Below are positions 1 through 8,039 of a stretch of DNA of 24,000 bases, one piece after another. The notes below the pieces were generated by a model that saw nothing but the letters and a program-made list of their open reading frames with translations, was not told the origin of the DNA and ran no database searches. This DNA comes from Synechococcus sp. UW140 (GTDB taxonomy: Bacteria > Cyanobacteriota > Cyanobacteriia > PCC-6307 > Cyanobiaceae). Positions within the stretch are counted from its first letter, which is position 1, and each line of letters begins with the position of its first letter. The stretch covers positions 89,157 to 113,156 of the forward strand of contig CALRRL020000006.1 in NCBI GenBank assembly GCA_943370565.1, given 5' to 3'. A program made the position numbers and the translations under genes.

Positions 1-53
1 TGGCGCCACCAGGGGGACCGGCGTCGCCGGAGCCTGGGCCAGGAGCAGGGGGA

Positions 54-1247
54 TCACGGATGCACCACCCCAGCGCCAGCGCCAGCACGGGCAGGGCCTG
101 CGCCGGGGGCAGCGGCACTGGGGCTAGGGGCGCCGGGGGCAGGGGGCTTGGCGTCCGCGGCCTTGGCCGCAGCGGCCGGCTCCTTGATCAGCACCCGGGA
201 CACCTCGGCCGCCATCGAGCGGATCAGTTCGGTGGAGCGGGGGTCATTGAACGGACCCTTGACCATGAAGGCCGCCACGGCCCGCTGGCCATTGGGCAGT
301 TCGATCAGGGCGCCATCGGCGTAGGCGATGCCGATATCGCCGGTTTTATTCAGCACGGTGATGCCCTTGGCCCGCAATTCGCTGTCCGGCGGGTAGGTGC
401 TGCTGCCGGTGACACCCCGCAGCACCCCGGCCGGGATCAGGGTGCGGGTCACGGTGCGGCCCATCACCTCGCGGAACAGGTCCCGGGCCCGGGGGCTGAG
501 CCGCTCGCCCGTTTCCACCAGGGCGATCGTGCGGGCCAGGTCGTGGCTGCTGGTGGTGTTGGTGCCGCCCAGGTCAGGCAGCCAGTTGTTGACCTTGGTG
601 GCCGTCAGGCCCAGGGAGCGGAAGCGGGCATCGATGCTGGCCTTGCCCCCCAGCCGTTTGATCAGCAGGTTGGTGGCCGTGTTGTCGCTGACCCGGATCA
701 TCTCGGCCGCCGCCTCGTACACGGGGTAGCGGGTGCCCAGGGGACTGGCGCCCATCCAGCCCGAGCCGGCGCCCACCACCTCCTTGGTGAGGGTGAGGGG
801 TTCGTTCCAGCGCACCAGACCGTGGTCGATGTCCTCCATGGCGGCCAGCAACACCGGCGTCTTGATCGAGCTGGCGGCGGGCATGGGCTCGTTGCTGCGC
901 AGCTGGGCAAAGCGCCCGTCATCGAGCACCAGCACGAACCCCGAGGCCTTGAGGTCCTTGTGGACCGCCGCCAGCCGGGCCCAGGCCTGGCTCAGGCCGG
1001 TGAGCTCGAGATGGGGCTCGAAGCGCCCCAGGGGAAGGCCCTGGGGCAGGGGTTGCAGGGGGGAGGCCGTGGCGGGCAGGGCCCGGGGGGGTTGGATCGC
1101 GCCGCTGGCCAGGCGCGGGGCCAGGAGCTTGAGGGCCGTGCCGGTGATCACGCCGAGGCCGATGCCCATCACCAGCAACCGCAACACCAGTCTCAGGGGC
1201 TGACCCCAGCTGCCGGATCCGGGGCGGGCAGGGCGACTGGAACTCAC
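54..1247 (-). CDS. Class A beta-lactamase-like serine hydrolase with an N-terminal membrane anchor and an Ala/Pro-rich C-terminal tail
   Basis: C-terminal two-thirds of ORF 54..1784 carries the class A triad of motifs: SSIK (S-x-x-K), SDN (RVSDNTATN) and KTG (LNKTGDIG). The first ~180 aa of the tracked ORF overlap the upstream methyltransferase gene and look non-coding. I place the start at GTG 1247, just downstream of the neighbour's stop at 1282. ATG 1169 (MGIGLGV...) is an alternative. Confidence 0.7.
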   Translation of the reverse strand: MSSSRPARPGSGSWGQPLRLVLRLLVMGIGLGVITGTALKLLAPRLASGAIQPPRALPATASPLQPLPQGLPLGRFEPHLELTGLSQAWARLAAVHKDLKASGFVLVLDDGRFAQLRSNEPMPAASSIKTPVLLAAMEDIDHGLVRWNEPLTLTKEVVGAGSGWMGASPLGTRYPVYEAAAEMIRVSDNTATNLLIKRLGGKASIDARFRSLGLTATKVNNWLPDLGGTNTTSSHDLARTIALVETGERLSPRARDLFREVMGRTVTRTLIPAGVLRGVTGSSTYPPDSELRAKGITVLNKTGDIGIAYADGALIELPNGQRAVAAFMVKGPFNDPRSTELIRSMAAEVSRVLIKEPAAAAKAADAKPPAPGAPSPSAAAPGAGPARAGAGAGVVHP

Positions 1248-1281
1248 GAAATCGCCAAACAAACCATTCGTTGGGCCGACC

Positions 1282-2385
1282 CTAAGGGGTCCTGCGGGTG
1301 CTTGCCCAGCGCAGTTGGCGCACCATGCCGCGCAGCAAGGCCACTTCGCCTTCGCGGATCTGGGCCCGCTGCAGCAGGCCCCGCAGCTTGGCCATGCGGG
1401 CGTGGGCCGTGTGGGGATGGAGAAAGCCCACCGCCAACAGCAGGTCCTCGGCGTCAGCCAGGGTGGCCTCGAGGGCGCCGCGCAGGCTGGTGGCAGCCCC
1501 CTCCTGGCCAGCGGGCGGGGCCCCAGGGGCGATCTGTTGGCAAGCCGTGACAGTTGGGGCGTCGGGGCCGCCATCGCCAGGGCAAGGGAGGGGGGCCCGG
1601 CCCTCGGCCTGGCTCGGGGACTGGGCAGAAGGGAGAGCTGGGAGTTGATGGGGGGGGTGGCCCTGGGCCTGCCCCTGGGAAGGGTCCTGCTGCGGGAACG
1701 GCGGCCCCGCCAGGGAGGGGGGCGCGACGGGCGCCGCTGGGCCAGGCAGGCGGCGCAGGTCATGCAGGCAGATCGCCACCGCATGGGAAAGGTTCAAGGA
1801 GGCGTAATCGGCACTGCTCTCCAGGCGCAGGATCCGGCCCGCCTGCAGCAGTTCGTCGTTGCTCAGGCCCCGATCCTCCCGGCCGAACACGAGGGCCACC
1901 GGGGCGGCTCCGGCCCCGGAGCTCGCCAGGGCGCCCTGGCGGGCCTGCCCCTCCTCGGGCGCGATCAACCAGCGCAGGGCCGACTCGGGTCCCTCCACGG
2001 GCAGCTCCTCCCGCTCAAGCCGGCCGCTGGTGGCCACCACACGGCGACAGTCGGCGATGGCAGCGGCCAGGTCGGGGTAGGTGGCCGCCTGCTCCAGCTG
2101 GGCCTGGCCATGGACCGCCATGCGCCGGGCCTCCTCGCCGAGGGGGTTACAGCGCGGGGCCACCAGGCGCAACTGGCTGATGGCGAAGTTGGCGCAGAGC
2201 CGGGCGACGCTGCCCACATTCAGGGGGCCCGCCGGCTCCACCAGCACCACCACAATGGCCGGGGCGGGCGGCGACGGCCCCGGCGATGCCGGGCCTGCCG
2301 CTACGGACTCTCCGGGGGGACCGGGCCAGGCGGACCCCTCGCCCACGCCGGCGGCAGGACCATCCCTGCGTGGGCCGGTGCTCAT
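1282..2385 (-). CDS. SpoU/TrmJ-type RNA 2'-O-methyltransferase with a long Pro/Gln/Ala-rich internal linker
   Basis: The ORF has a SpoU-like core (VVVLVEPAGPLNVGSVARLCANF ... LVFGREDRGLSNDEL ... SLNLSHAVAICLHDL). It also has a TrmJ-like C-terminal helix region (LEATLADAEDLLLAVGFLHPHT...LLRGMVRQL). The start ATG overlaps the upstream gene's stop by 4 nt (ATGA at 2382-2385). Confidence 0.8.
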   Translation of the reverse strand: MSTGPRRDGPAAGVGEGSAWPGPPGESVAAGPASPGPSPPAPAIVVVLVEPAGPLNVGSVARLCANFAISQLRLVAPRCNPLGEEARRMAVHGQAQLEQAATYPDLAAAIADCRRVVATSGRLEREELPVEGPESALRWLIAPEEGQARQGALASSGAGAAPVALVFGREDRGLSNDELLQAGRILRLESSADYASLNLSHAVAICLHDLRRLPGPAAPVAPPSLAGPPFPQQDPSQGQAQGHPPHQLPALPSAQSPSQAEGRAPLPCPGDGGPDAPTVTACQQIAPGAPPAGQEGAATSLRGALEATLADAEDLLLAVGFLHPHTAHARMAKLRGLLQRAQIREGEVALLRGMVRQLRWASTRRTP

Positions 2386-2915
2386 GAGAGCGTGTGCAGG
2401 TAGGCCAGCAGGTCGGCCATGGCCTGGGGTTCCGGCTGGAAGCGGGGCATGGGCGGCGTCTGGCCGCTCACCACCTGCTGGATCAGTTGGCGGTCGTTCT
2501 TGCGGGCCTTGACGCCATGGAGGTTGGGCCCCACCAGACCCTGGGCACCGATGCCATGGCAGCCGGCGCAGTTGATCAGAAACAGCTGGCCGCCCCGCTC
2601 GGCCGAACCGGCCAGTTGCAGGGTGCTGCGGCTGTAGGGATCGCTGCGGGCCGCGGGCAAGGCCACCAGCAGCAGAAACAGGGCCGTGGCCACCGCCGCC
2701 ACCACCAGCATCGCCGTCACCAGGCTGCGCTGCCGGGGACCGGGCTCCAGGCTGGCGTCAGGGCCGGATGTGGCTGACCTGGCCGAAGACGCTGGCCTGC
2801 CTGAAGACCCAATGGTGACCGGAGACCCTGATGGGGCCGATGATCCTGCTGGAGCCGGCGTGCTGGACGGATCGGGGGCCGGGGATGGGGCCGGGGCGGA
2901 GGGCGGGGCGATCAA
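2382..2915 (-). CDS. cytM: Membrane-anchored mono-haem c-type cytochrome (CytM-like)
   Basis: Haem-binding CAGCH motif, downstream Met ligand candidate (QTPPMPRF) and one hydrophobic helix ([20 protein letters not shown]). It lies divergent to petG, as I recall for cytM in picocyanobacteria. The first 68 aa are a low-complexity Pro/Ser/Ala tract, so the true start may be ATG 2711. Confidence 0.7.
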
Positions 2916-2987
2916 GGTTTCTGCCGAGCTGGTAAGCGGCCGCCTGGGCCATGGGAAGATTCTGCAACTTCAAGCCGTCCCCCAGCC

Positions 2988-3101
2988 ATGATCGAACCCC
3001 TGCTCTGCGGCATCGTGCTCGGTCTGATTCCCGTGACCCTGCTCGGCCTGTTCGTGGCTGCCTGGAACCAGTACCGCCGTGGCAGCGCCCTGGGCGGCTG
3101 A
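2988..3101 (+). CDS. petG: Cytochrome b6-f complex subunit 5 (PetG), 37 aa
   Basis: Hand translation gives [37 protein letters not shown]. This closely matches the PetG consensus as I recall it ([29 protein letters not shown]+RG). It is too short for the supplied ORF track. Confidence 0.9.
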
Positions 3102-3576
3102 ACCCAGCGCCTGCGGGCCTGAGGTTGGCTGAGCGACGGTTCGTAGTGAATCAGGGCGCAGGACCGAATCGGGAGCGGCCGCTGGGGTGATCTACAGCGG
3201 CCGACGTCAGCGACTCGGCATCTCCCAGATCGCAAGGTTGGGCTCCAAGTTGTGGGCCCCTGCTTCTGGCTAGAGAGCTTCGCGAAGCTTGGAAACCAAG
3301 CTTGGCGATTCGCATGGCCTATGGGCTAGCTGGGATCTCCCAAGCCAAGCAGCCCAATGGCGACGGGTTCCAGAGCTTGCTTCCGATCCAAACGTGGGGC
3401 AATAGGGACGCTCTGAACCGCTGGTCAGCGATCCAACCGCCCCCAGATAGCAACTGAGACCGCAGGGGTTCAGCCTGACGACTCTAGGGATCTCGCGATC
3501 GTCTTCAGGGCTGTGGCTGGGTTTGTTGGGTGAATGGGCCCTTGGCACGGGAGTGCGGGGGCTGGCGATCCCCGGT

Positions 3577-4149
3577 TCAGGGAGTGGCTTGGCGCAGTTG
3601 CAGCAGGGTGCTGCTGCCGTAGCGCCGTTGGTCCTGCACCTCCCAACCCGCTGGGACCTGGGGAATGCCGCTGCTGGCGCATTCCCACAGCATCAGCCCT
3701 TCGGGCTTCAGCCACCCCCCTGCCGCCACGGCGGCGGCTACCGCTCCGTAGAGGCCGGCGCCGTAAGGCGGATCGGCGTAGATGAGGTCGAAGCCGCAGG
3801 CCTGGGGGGCCTGGGGGCCCCTGGCCAGCCAGCCCAGCACCTCGCGCTGCACCACCAGCGGGGCCGGGCCAGGACCCGCCGCCAGGCCCCTGGCCACGGA
3901 CTCCAGGTTCTGGCGGGCCGTTGCCACCATGCGCCGGTCCTGATCCACCGCCAACACGGGGCTGGCCCCCCGCTGCAGGGCTTCGCAGGCCATCACGCCA
4001 CTGCCGCAGAACAGATCCAGCCAGGCGCTGCCCGCCAGGCGATCCGCCAGCATGTTCATCACCGCCAGGCGCAGGCGGGCCGGCGTGGGCCGGGCCACCT
4101 GGCCAGCCGGACTCTCGAGCTTGCGCCCGCCGCTGAGCCGCAGGCTCAT
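3577..4149 (-). CDS. rsmD: 16S rRNA (guanine966-N2)-methyltransferase RsmD family
   Basis: MSLRLSGGRKLESPAGQVARPTPARLRLAVMNML..LDLFCGSGVMACEAL..IYADPPYG is the N6-adenine/RsmD-type SAM methyltransferase signature. The start ATG (4149-4147) overlaps the hisH stop by 4 nt. The longer tracked ORF (to 4506) runs through hisH in another frame. Confidence 0.85.
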   Translation of the reverse strand: MSLRLSGGRKLESPAGQVARPTPARLRLAVMNMLADRLAGSAWLDLFCGSGVMACEALQRGASPVLAVDQDRRMVATARQNLESVARGLAAGPGPAPLVVQREVLGWLARGPQAPQACGFDLIYADPPYGAGLYGAVAAAVAAGGWLKPEGLMLWECASSGIPQVPAGWEVQDQRRYGSSTLLQLRQATP

Positions 4150-4841
4150 GGCCGGCTGGCCAGCCAGCGGAGCCAGCGCTGCAGCAGGTGCTGGCCGGCC
4201 AGGCCCGATTTCTCGGGGTGAAACTGGCAGGCCGACAGGGCCCCCTGCCAGACGGCGGCGGTGAGGGCCGTGCCCGCGAAGGCCACCTGGGCGGTGACGC
4301 AACGGGGGTCGCTGGGCACCGCGGCGTAGGAATGGACGAAGTACATCCAGGCATCCGCCCCGGCGGAGGCAGAACTGGAAGGGCTGGCCAGCGCACCAGG
4401 GGAAGCAGGGGCCCCAGCGCCGCTGGCCAGGCCGGGCCAGAGGGGACTGGGTTGGGCCGGGACCAGGGGGGCCCAGCCCATGTGGGGCACGGGGTGGCCC
4501 GGACAAACCGGCAGGGCCCTGACCAGGCCCTGGAGCAGCCCCAGCCCGGGAACCTGGCCCTCCTCACTGCCCTCGAACAACAACTGCAAGCCCAGGCAGA
4601 TGCCCAGCAGGGGCCGGCCCGCCCCACACCATTGCTGAATCGGCTCCACCAGGCCGGCGGCATGCAGCCGCTCCATGGCCGGGTCAAAGGAACCCACCCC
4701 TGGTAACACCAGGGCGTCGCACCGCTGCATGGCAGCCTGATCGCCCACGGCCTGCACCGTCACCCCCAGTCGCTCGAAGGCCCGCTGCACCGAGTGCAGG
4801 TTGCCCATGCCGTAGTCGATCAGGCCGATGGCGTGCGTCAA
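4146..4841 (-). CDS. hisH: Imidazole glycerol phosphate synthase, glutamine amidotransferase subunit HisH
   Basis: GLIDYGMGNLHSVQRAF, catalytic-Cys context LLGICLGLQLL, YFVHSY and QFHPEKSG are all present. A low-complexity Ala/Ser/Pro insertion lies before YFVHSY. Confidence 0.9.
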   Translation of the reverse strand: MTHAIGLIDYGMGNLHSVQRAFERLGVTVQAVGDQAAMQRCDALVLPGVGSFDPAMERLHAAGLVEPIQQWCGAGRPLLGICLGLQLLFEGSEEGQVPGLGLLQGLVRALPVCPGHPVPHMGWAPLVPAQPSPLWPGLASGAGAPASPGALASPSSSASAGADAWMYFVHSYAAVPSDPRCVTAQVAFAGTALTAAVWQGALSACQFHPEKSGLAGQHLLQRWLRWLASRP

Positions 4842-5060
4842 AGCTGGCTGGAAATCAGAGCTGGAATTCAGATCGAAAGGGGCCTGCCATGGGGTCTGGG
4901 AGAGCAGGCTCCAGGCTGGCGGCCATCAGGGCGACTCCTCGCATCGAAATGGAGCCCAAGGACTGGATCCAGGTGGCTTGCAAAGCCCCATCTGCTCGAT
5001 CAAAGCCGTTGGCTCCATGCCGAAAAGCCTCTGCCTGAACCAGAATTTTTGTCAAGTTAG

Positions 5061-5101
5061 CAAATCAAAAATGATGCCTAGACTTGTGGTCCAGACATCA
5101 T
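5061..5101 (-). terminator. Rho-independent terminator downstream of trxA
   Basis: The minus strand reads AUGAUG-UCUGGAC-CACAA-GUCUAGG-CAUCAU followed by UUUUGAUUUG. That is about 13 bp of stem (two G-U pairs) plus a U-rich tail, 32 nt after the trxA stop. Confidence 0.6.
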
Positions 5102-5132
5102 GCATGACAGAGCTAGCGAACAAGACGCCTGA

Positions 5133-5456
5133 TCAGAGGTACTTGCTGATGGTGGACGAGAGGGTGGTTTTGGGCACCGCACCCACAACCGTGTCCACCT
5201 TTTGGCCGTCCTTGAACACCATCAGAGTCGGGATGCTACGAATACCGAACTGGCTGGCGACGTTGGGGTTTTCATCGGTATTGAGCTTGAAAACCTTGAT
5301 CTTGCCGTCAAATTCCTTGGCAATCTCATCAACAATGGGAGCCACCATGCGGCAAGGACCACACCAGGGAGCCCAGAAGTCCACCAGCACAGGCACATCG
5401 CTCTTGAGAACGTCCTGCTCAAAGGAGGCGTCGCTGACGGCGGTAGCACTGGACAT
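5133..5456 (-). CDS. trxA: Thioredoxin
   Basis: The WCGPC active site sits in [11 protein letters not shown]. Starting at the second ATG (MSSATAV...) gives the canonical 107-aa length. Confidence 0.9.
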   Translation of the reverse strand: MSSATAVSDASFEQDVLKSDVPVLVDFWAPWCGPCRMVAPIVDEIAKEFDGKIKVFKLNTDENPNVASQFGIRSIPTLMVFKDGQKVDTVVGAVPKTTLSSTISKYL

Positions 5457-5562
5457 TCTAGAAGGGGCCACGGTTTTCCGGAATCTAGCAAGCTATTTGG
5501 GCCTTGCCGCAAGCCCCTGGAAAGTCGTTACGGCCCTGGCCTGCTGGCGCCCATACAAAGAC

Positions 5563-5621
5563 AAAAAGCCCGGACGCGCCGGGCCGGGGGGTGTGAGGAG
5601 TGTGCGAGCCGAAGCCCCCAC
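5563..5621 (-). ncRNA. yfr1: Yfr1 small regulatory RNA
   Basis: The minus strand reads GUGGGGGCUUCGGCUCGCAC (stem-loop with UUCG loop), then ACUCCUCACAC, then CCCCCGGCCCGGCGCGUCCGGGCUUUUU (terminator hairpin plus U-tail). ACUCCUCACAC is the invariant single-stranded Yfr1 motif. The length is about 59 nt. A TAGTCT -10-like box lies at 5633-5628. The position between the guaB-like gene and trxA matches the known yfr1 locus in marine picocyanobacteria. Confidence 0.8.
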
Positions 5622-5678
5622 AACTTGAGACTAACGCCCCCCTCGCGGGCCGCTGGGGCCGGCCTGGGCAGCGAGCGG

Positions 5679-6842
5679 TTATTTGCCCATGCCGAGCTGC
5701 TGGGCCTTTTGGTACACCTTGCCTTCGGTGAGCAACGAGGGGGCAACCACCACTTCCACCTGTTGCATTTCCTTCAAGGTGCGGGCGCCCAGGGTGCCCA
5801 TGGACGTGCGGATGCAGCCGAGCAGGTTCTGGGTGCCGTCATCGAGGCTGGCAGGGCCGCGCAGGATTTTGGCCAGGCTGCCGGTGGTGCCCACCTTGAT
5901 GCGGGTGCCGCGGGGCAGCACCGGACTGGGGGTGGCCATCCCCCAGTGGAAGCCGCGGCCGGGGGCTTCAGCGGCCCGGGCAATCGGGGATCCAATCATC
6001 ACGGCATCGGCGCCGCAGGCCAGGCATTTGCAGATGTCACCGCCGGTGACGATGCCGCCATCGGCCACGATCGGCACATAACGGCCGCTTTCCTGGAAAT
6101 AGTCGTCGCGGGCCGCGGCGCAGTCGGCCACGGAGGTGGCCTGGGGAATGCCGATCCCGAGCACACCCCGGGAGGTGCAGGCCGCTCCCGGACCGATGCC
6201 CACCATCACGCCGGCGGCTCCCGCCCGCATCAGATCGAGGGCCACCGCATAGGTGACCGTGTTGCCGATCACCACGGGCACGCCCATGTCCCGGCAGAGG
6301 GCTGCCAGATCGAGGGACTGGCGGCCCTCCGGACCCACGTGCTCGGTGGAGACCACGGTGGCCTGCACAAAGAACAGGTCGGCACCGGCTTCGGCGATCG
6401 CCTTGCCGAAGCGCAGGGCCGCCACCGGCGTGGCACTCACGGCGGCAATGCCGCCCTGGGCCTTGATTTCGGCGATGCGGCTGCGAATCAGGTCCTCACG
6501 CACTGGGGCGCTGTAGAGCTCCTGCATCAGGGGCACGAACTCCTCCTTGCCCACCGAGGCGATCCGATCGAGCACCGGATTGGGATCGTCGTAGCGGCAC
6601 TGAACCCCTTCGAGGTTCAACACCCCCAGGGCCCCCAGCCGGGAGAGTTCCACCGCCATGCCCACATCCACCACCCCATCCATGGCGCTGGCAATGATCG
6701 GGATCTCGCGGCTGATGCCCCCCAGGCTCCAGCTGCTGTCGGTGACGTCGGGATCGACGGTGCGGCCGCCGGGCACCAGGGCAATTTCATCAATGCCATA
6801 GGCACGACGAACGGTGCGGGAGCGGCCGAGCTGAATGTCCAC
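5679..6842 (-). CDS. guaB: IMP dehydrogenase family protein (short, CBS-less GuaB-like form, 387 aa)
   Basis: RRAYGIDEIALVPG, the catalytic-loop-like GIGPGAACTSR and ADGGI..GGDI.KCLACGADAVMIG are present. I place the start at GTG 6842 (VDIQLGRS...) to give the typical length. ATG 6875 is the alternative. Confidence 0.8.
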   Translation of the reverse strand: MDIQLGRSRTVRRAYGIDEIALVPGGRTVDPDVTDSSWSLGGISREIPIIASAMDGVVDVGMAVELSRLGALGVLNLEGVQCRYDDPNPVLDRIASVGKEEFVPLMQELYSAPVREDLIRSRIAEIKAQGGIAAVSATPVAALRFGKAIAEAGADLFFVQATVVSTEHVGPEGRQSLDLAALCRDMGVPVVIGNTVTYAVALDLMRAGAAGVMVGIGPGAACTSRGVLGIGIPQATSVADCAAARDDYFQESGRYVPIVADGGIVTGGDICKCLACGADAVMIGSPIARAAEAPGRGFHWGMATPSPVLPRGTRIKVGTTGSLAKILRGPASLDDGTQNLLGCIRTSMGTLGARTLKEMQQVEVVVAPSLLTEGKVYQKAQQLGMGK

Positions 6843-6926
6843 CGGAAGGCTGATGCAGTCGGGCCAAGCTATCAACCGGGCTTCAGCGCCAGGCTCCAGG
6901 GGCCTGGCCCAGCGCCGCAGGGCGCC

Positions 6927-8039
6927 TCAGCCCTGGCCCCGGAAGGCCGTCCAGCGCTGCTTGAGGCCCGCGATCAGGGCCCGGCGCTCCTGGCTGCGCA
7001 CCAATCGGGTCAGACCAAACCGAACCACGGTGATCAGGCCCACCAGTTCCAACAGGCCGGGGGCCAGGGGGAAGCGGTCGATCACGCCCAGCAGGGCCCC
7101 ATAAATCTGCAGCACCACAACCAGGCCAAGCAGGCCGGCCACCAGGGCCAGGGGGGTGCGGGCGGCTTGCCACTGGGCCTGGAGCTGGCCGCTGGCCAGC
7201 CAGGCCTGCACCTTGCTGAGCAACAGGGCCCATTCGCCGCCCTCCCCGGCTGAGTCGGCCGCGCCAGCATCGTCTTGGGCCAGCAGCTCTGGGCGGCCCG
7301 GCAGGTCGATGGTGGTGGCCACCGTGGGCACCGGCGGAACCGACGTTGGCGCAACGGCCCCTGGCTCGGACGCGGGCAGCGGGGCGGACGGGCTGGCGCT
7401 GGAGCCGGCGGGCCCCGGCTGCAGCGGCGCAGCGGCGGGTTCCGGGCGGGGCTCGGGCGGCCTGACCCCAGCGCCGAAGCCGAGGCTCAGGGCCGGCGCA
7501 GAGCTGGAAAAGCTGGGAATCGGCACCGCAAGGCTCGGGGCCTGGGCCGGCTCGGGGGCGCTGGCTTCGGGGGCAGCATTGCCGGGCTCAGCCGGTTCAG
7601 GAGCTGACGGTTCGGAGGCTGACAGTTCGGAGGCTGACCCTTCAGGGGCTGATGCATCAGTCGCTGACGCTTCAGGCGAGGTGCCATGAACGTCGGCTGC
7701 GGGGTCCGCCTGGGGGACTTCAGCAGGCTCCGCTTGGGTTGTTGCGCTCCCTGGCCCGTTTGGTTCGGTCCCTTCAACGTCTGTTGATTGAGCGTCTGGC
7801 GATTCGTCTTCAGGGGCTTCGCCTTGGCTGGCTTCCCCTTGGCTGGCCTCTGCTCCGGAGGAGTCGCCCTCAGACGCGGCTGGGGCGTCAAGGATTGAGC
7901 TGGCCCCCTCGGCCGGGGCGGCCTGGTCGCCTGGGGGTGGCGTGGGGGGCTCAGCCTCGGCGCCGGGCGATGCCAGGGACGCGCCCGGTTGACCTGGCTG
8001 CTGATCGTCGTCGGTCGGCAGGGCGGACGCGTCGGCCAT
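6927..8039 (-). CDS. CAAD-domain (CurT/CURT1-like) thylakoid membrane protein with a ~270-aa acidic low-complexity N-terminal region
   Basis: The C-terminal ~100 aa (PLALVAGLLGLVVVLQIYGALLGVIDRFPLAPGLLELVGLITVVRFGLTRLVRSQERRALIAGLKQRW) has the two-helix CAAD pattern. The start is set at MADASALPTDD (ATG 8039). The tracked ORF extends to 8486 only by running into the upstream gene. Confidence 0.75.
   Translation of the reverse strand: MADASALPTDDDQQPGQPGASLASPGAEAEPPTPPPGDQAAPAEGASSILDAPAASEGDSSGAEASQGEASQGEAPEDESPDAQSTDVEGTEPNGPGSATTQAEPAEVPQADPAADVHGTSPEASATDASAPEGSASELSASEPSAPEPAEPGNAAPEASAPEPAQAPSLAVPIPSFSSSAPALSLGFGAGVRPPEPRPEPAAAPLQPGPAGSSASPSAPLPASEPGAVAPTSVPPVPTVATTIDLPGRPELLAQDDAGAADSAGEGGEWALLLSKVQAWLASGQLQAQWQAARTPLALVAGLLGLVVVLQIYGALLGVIDRFPLAPGLLELVGLITVVRFGLTRLVRSQERRALIAGLKQRWTAFRGQG

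Noticed and set aside
60-1550. 496-aa plus-strand ORF, and several others (397..729, 733..1203, 1315..2403, 1554..2180), antisense to or overlapping the beta-lactamase-like and TrmJ-like genes
   Set aside because: The translations are Gly/Arg/Ala/Pro-rich with no recognisable motifs. They lie opposite frames with clear family signatures. This is the typical stop-codon-poor shadow frame of high-GC DNA.
54-1784. Using the full tracked lengths of ORFs 54..1784, 6927..8486, 14947..16902, 13632..14984 and 17060..18847
   Set aside because: In each case the 5' extension overlaps a well-supported neighbouring gene and is low-complexity. An internal start restores the family-typical N-terminus.
3270-3548. 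92-aa minus-strand ORF in the petG-rsmD gap
   Set aside because: It has no motifs and odd composition, and it sits in a lower-GC structured region. I treat the region as non-coding or unknown rather than calling this a CDS.
3102-3576. Possibility that the gap encodes RNase P RNA, SRP RNA, tmRNA, 6S RNA or a tRNA
   Set aside because: I could not find the diagnostic strings on either strand. I looked for GAGGAAAGUCCGGGC (RNase P), GUCCGGAAGGAAGCAGCC (SRP), a GGUUCGAnUCC-type T-arm with a CCA end (tRNA/tmRNA), and a convincing cloverleaf. The 6S possibility cannot be excluded by eye.
3470-4687. 405-aa minus-strand ORF and the 309-aa version of the rsmD ORF (3577..4506)
   Set aside because: The first is an alternative frame through rsmD and hisH. 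The second is the rsmD frame extended upstream into hisH. The 4-nt ATGA junction at 4146-4149 gives a clean hisH/rsmD boundary.
4842-5060. TTGACA box (minus strand, about 5049-5054) as the hisH promoter, and the 66-aa ORF 4855..5055
   Set aside because: No acceptable -10 element lies at the right spacing, so I do not call a promoter. The ORF has no support and sits in a probable 5' UTR/promoter region.
5202-7253. 683-aa plus-strand ORF spanning trxA, Yfr1, the guaB-like gene and the CAAD gene
   Set aside because: It crosses three independently supported minus-strand genes and an sRNA. Its composition is low-complexity (G/A/H/R-rich) and it has no motifs.
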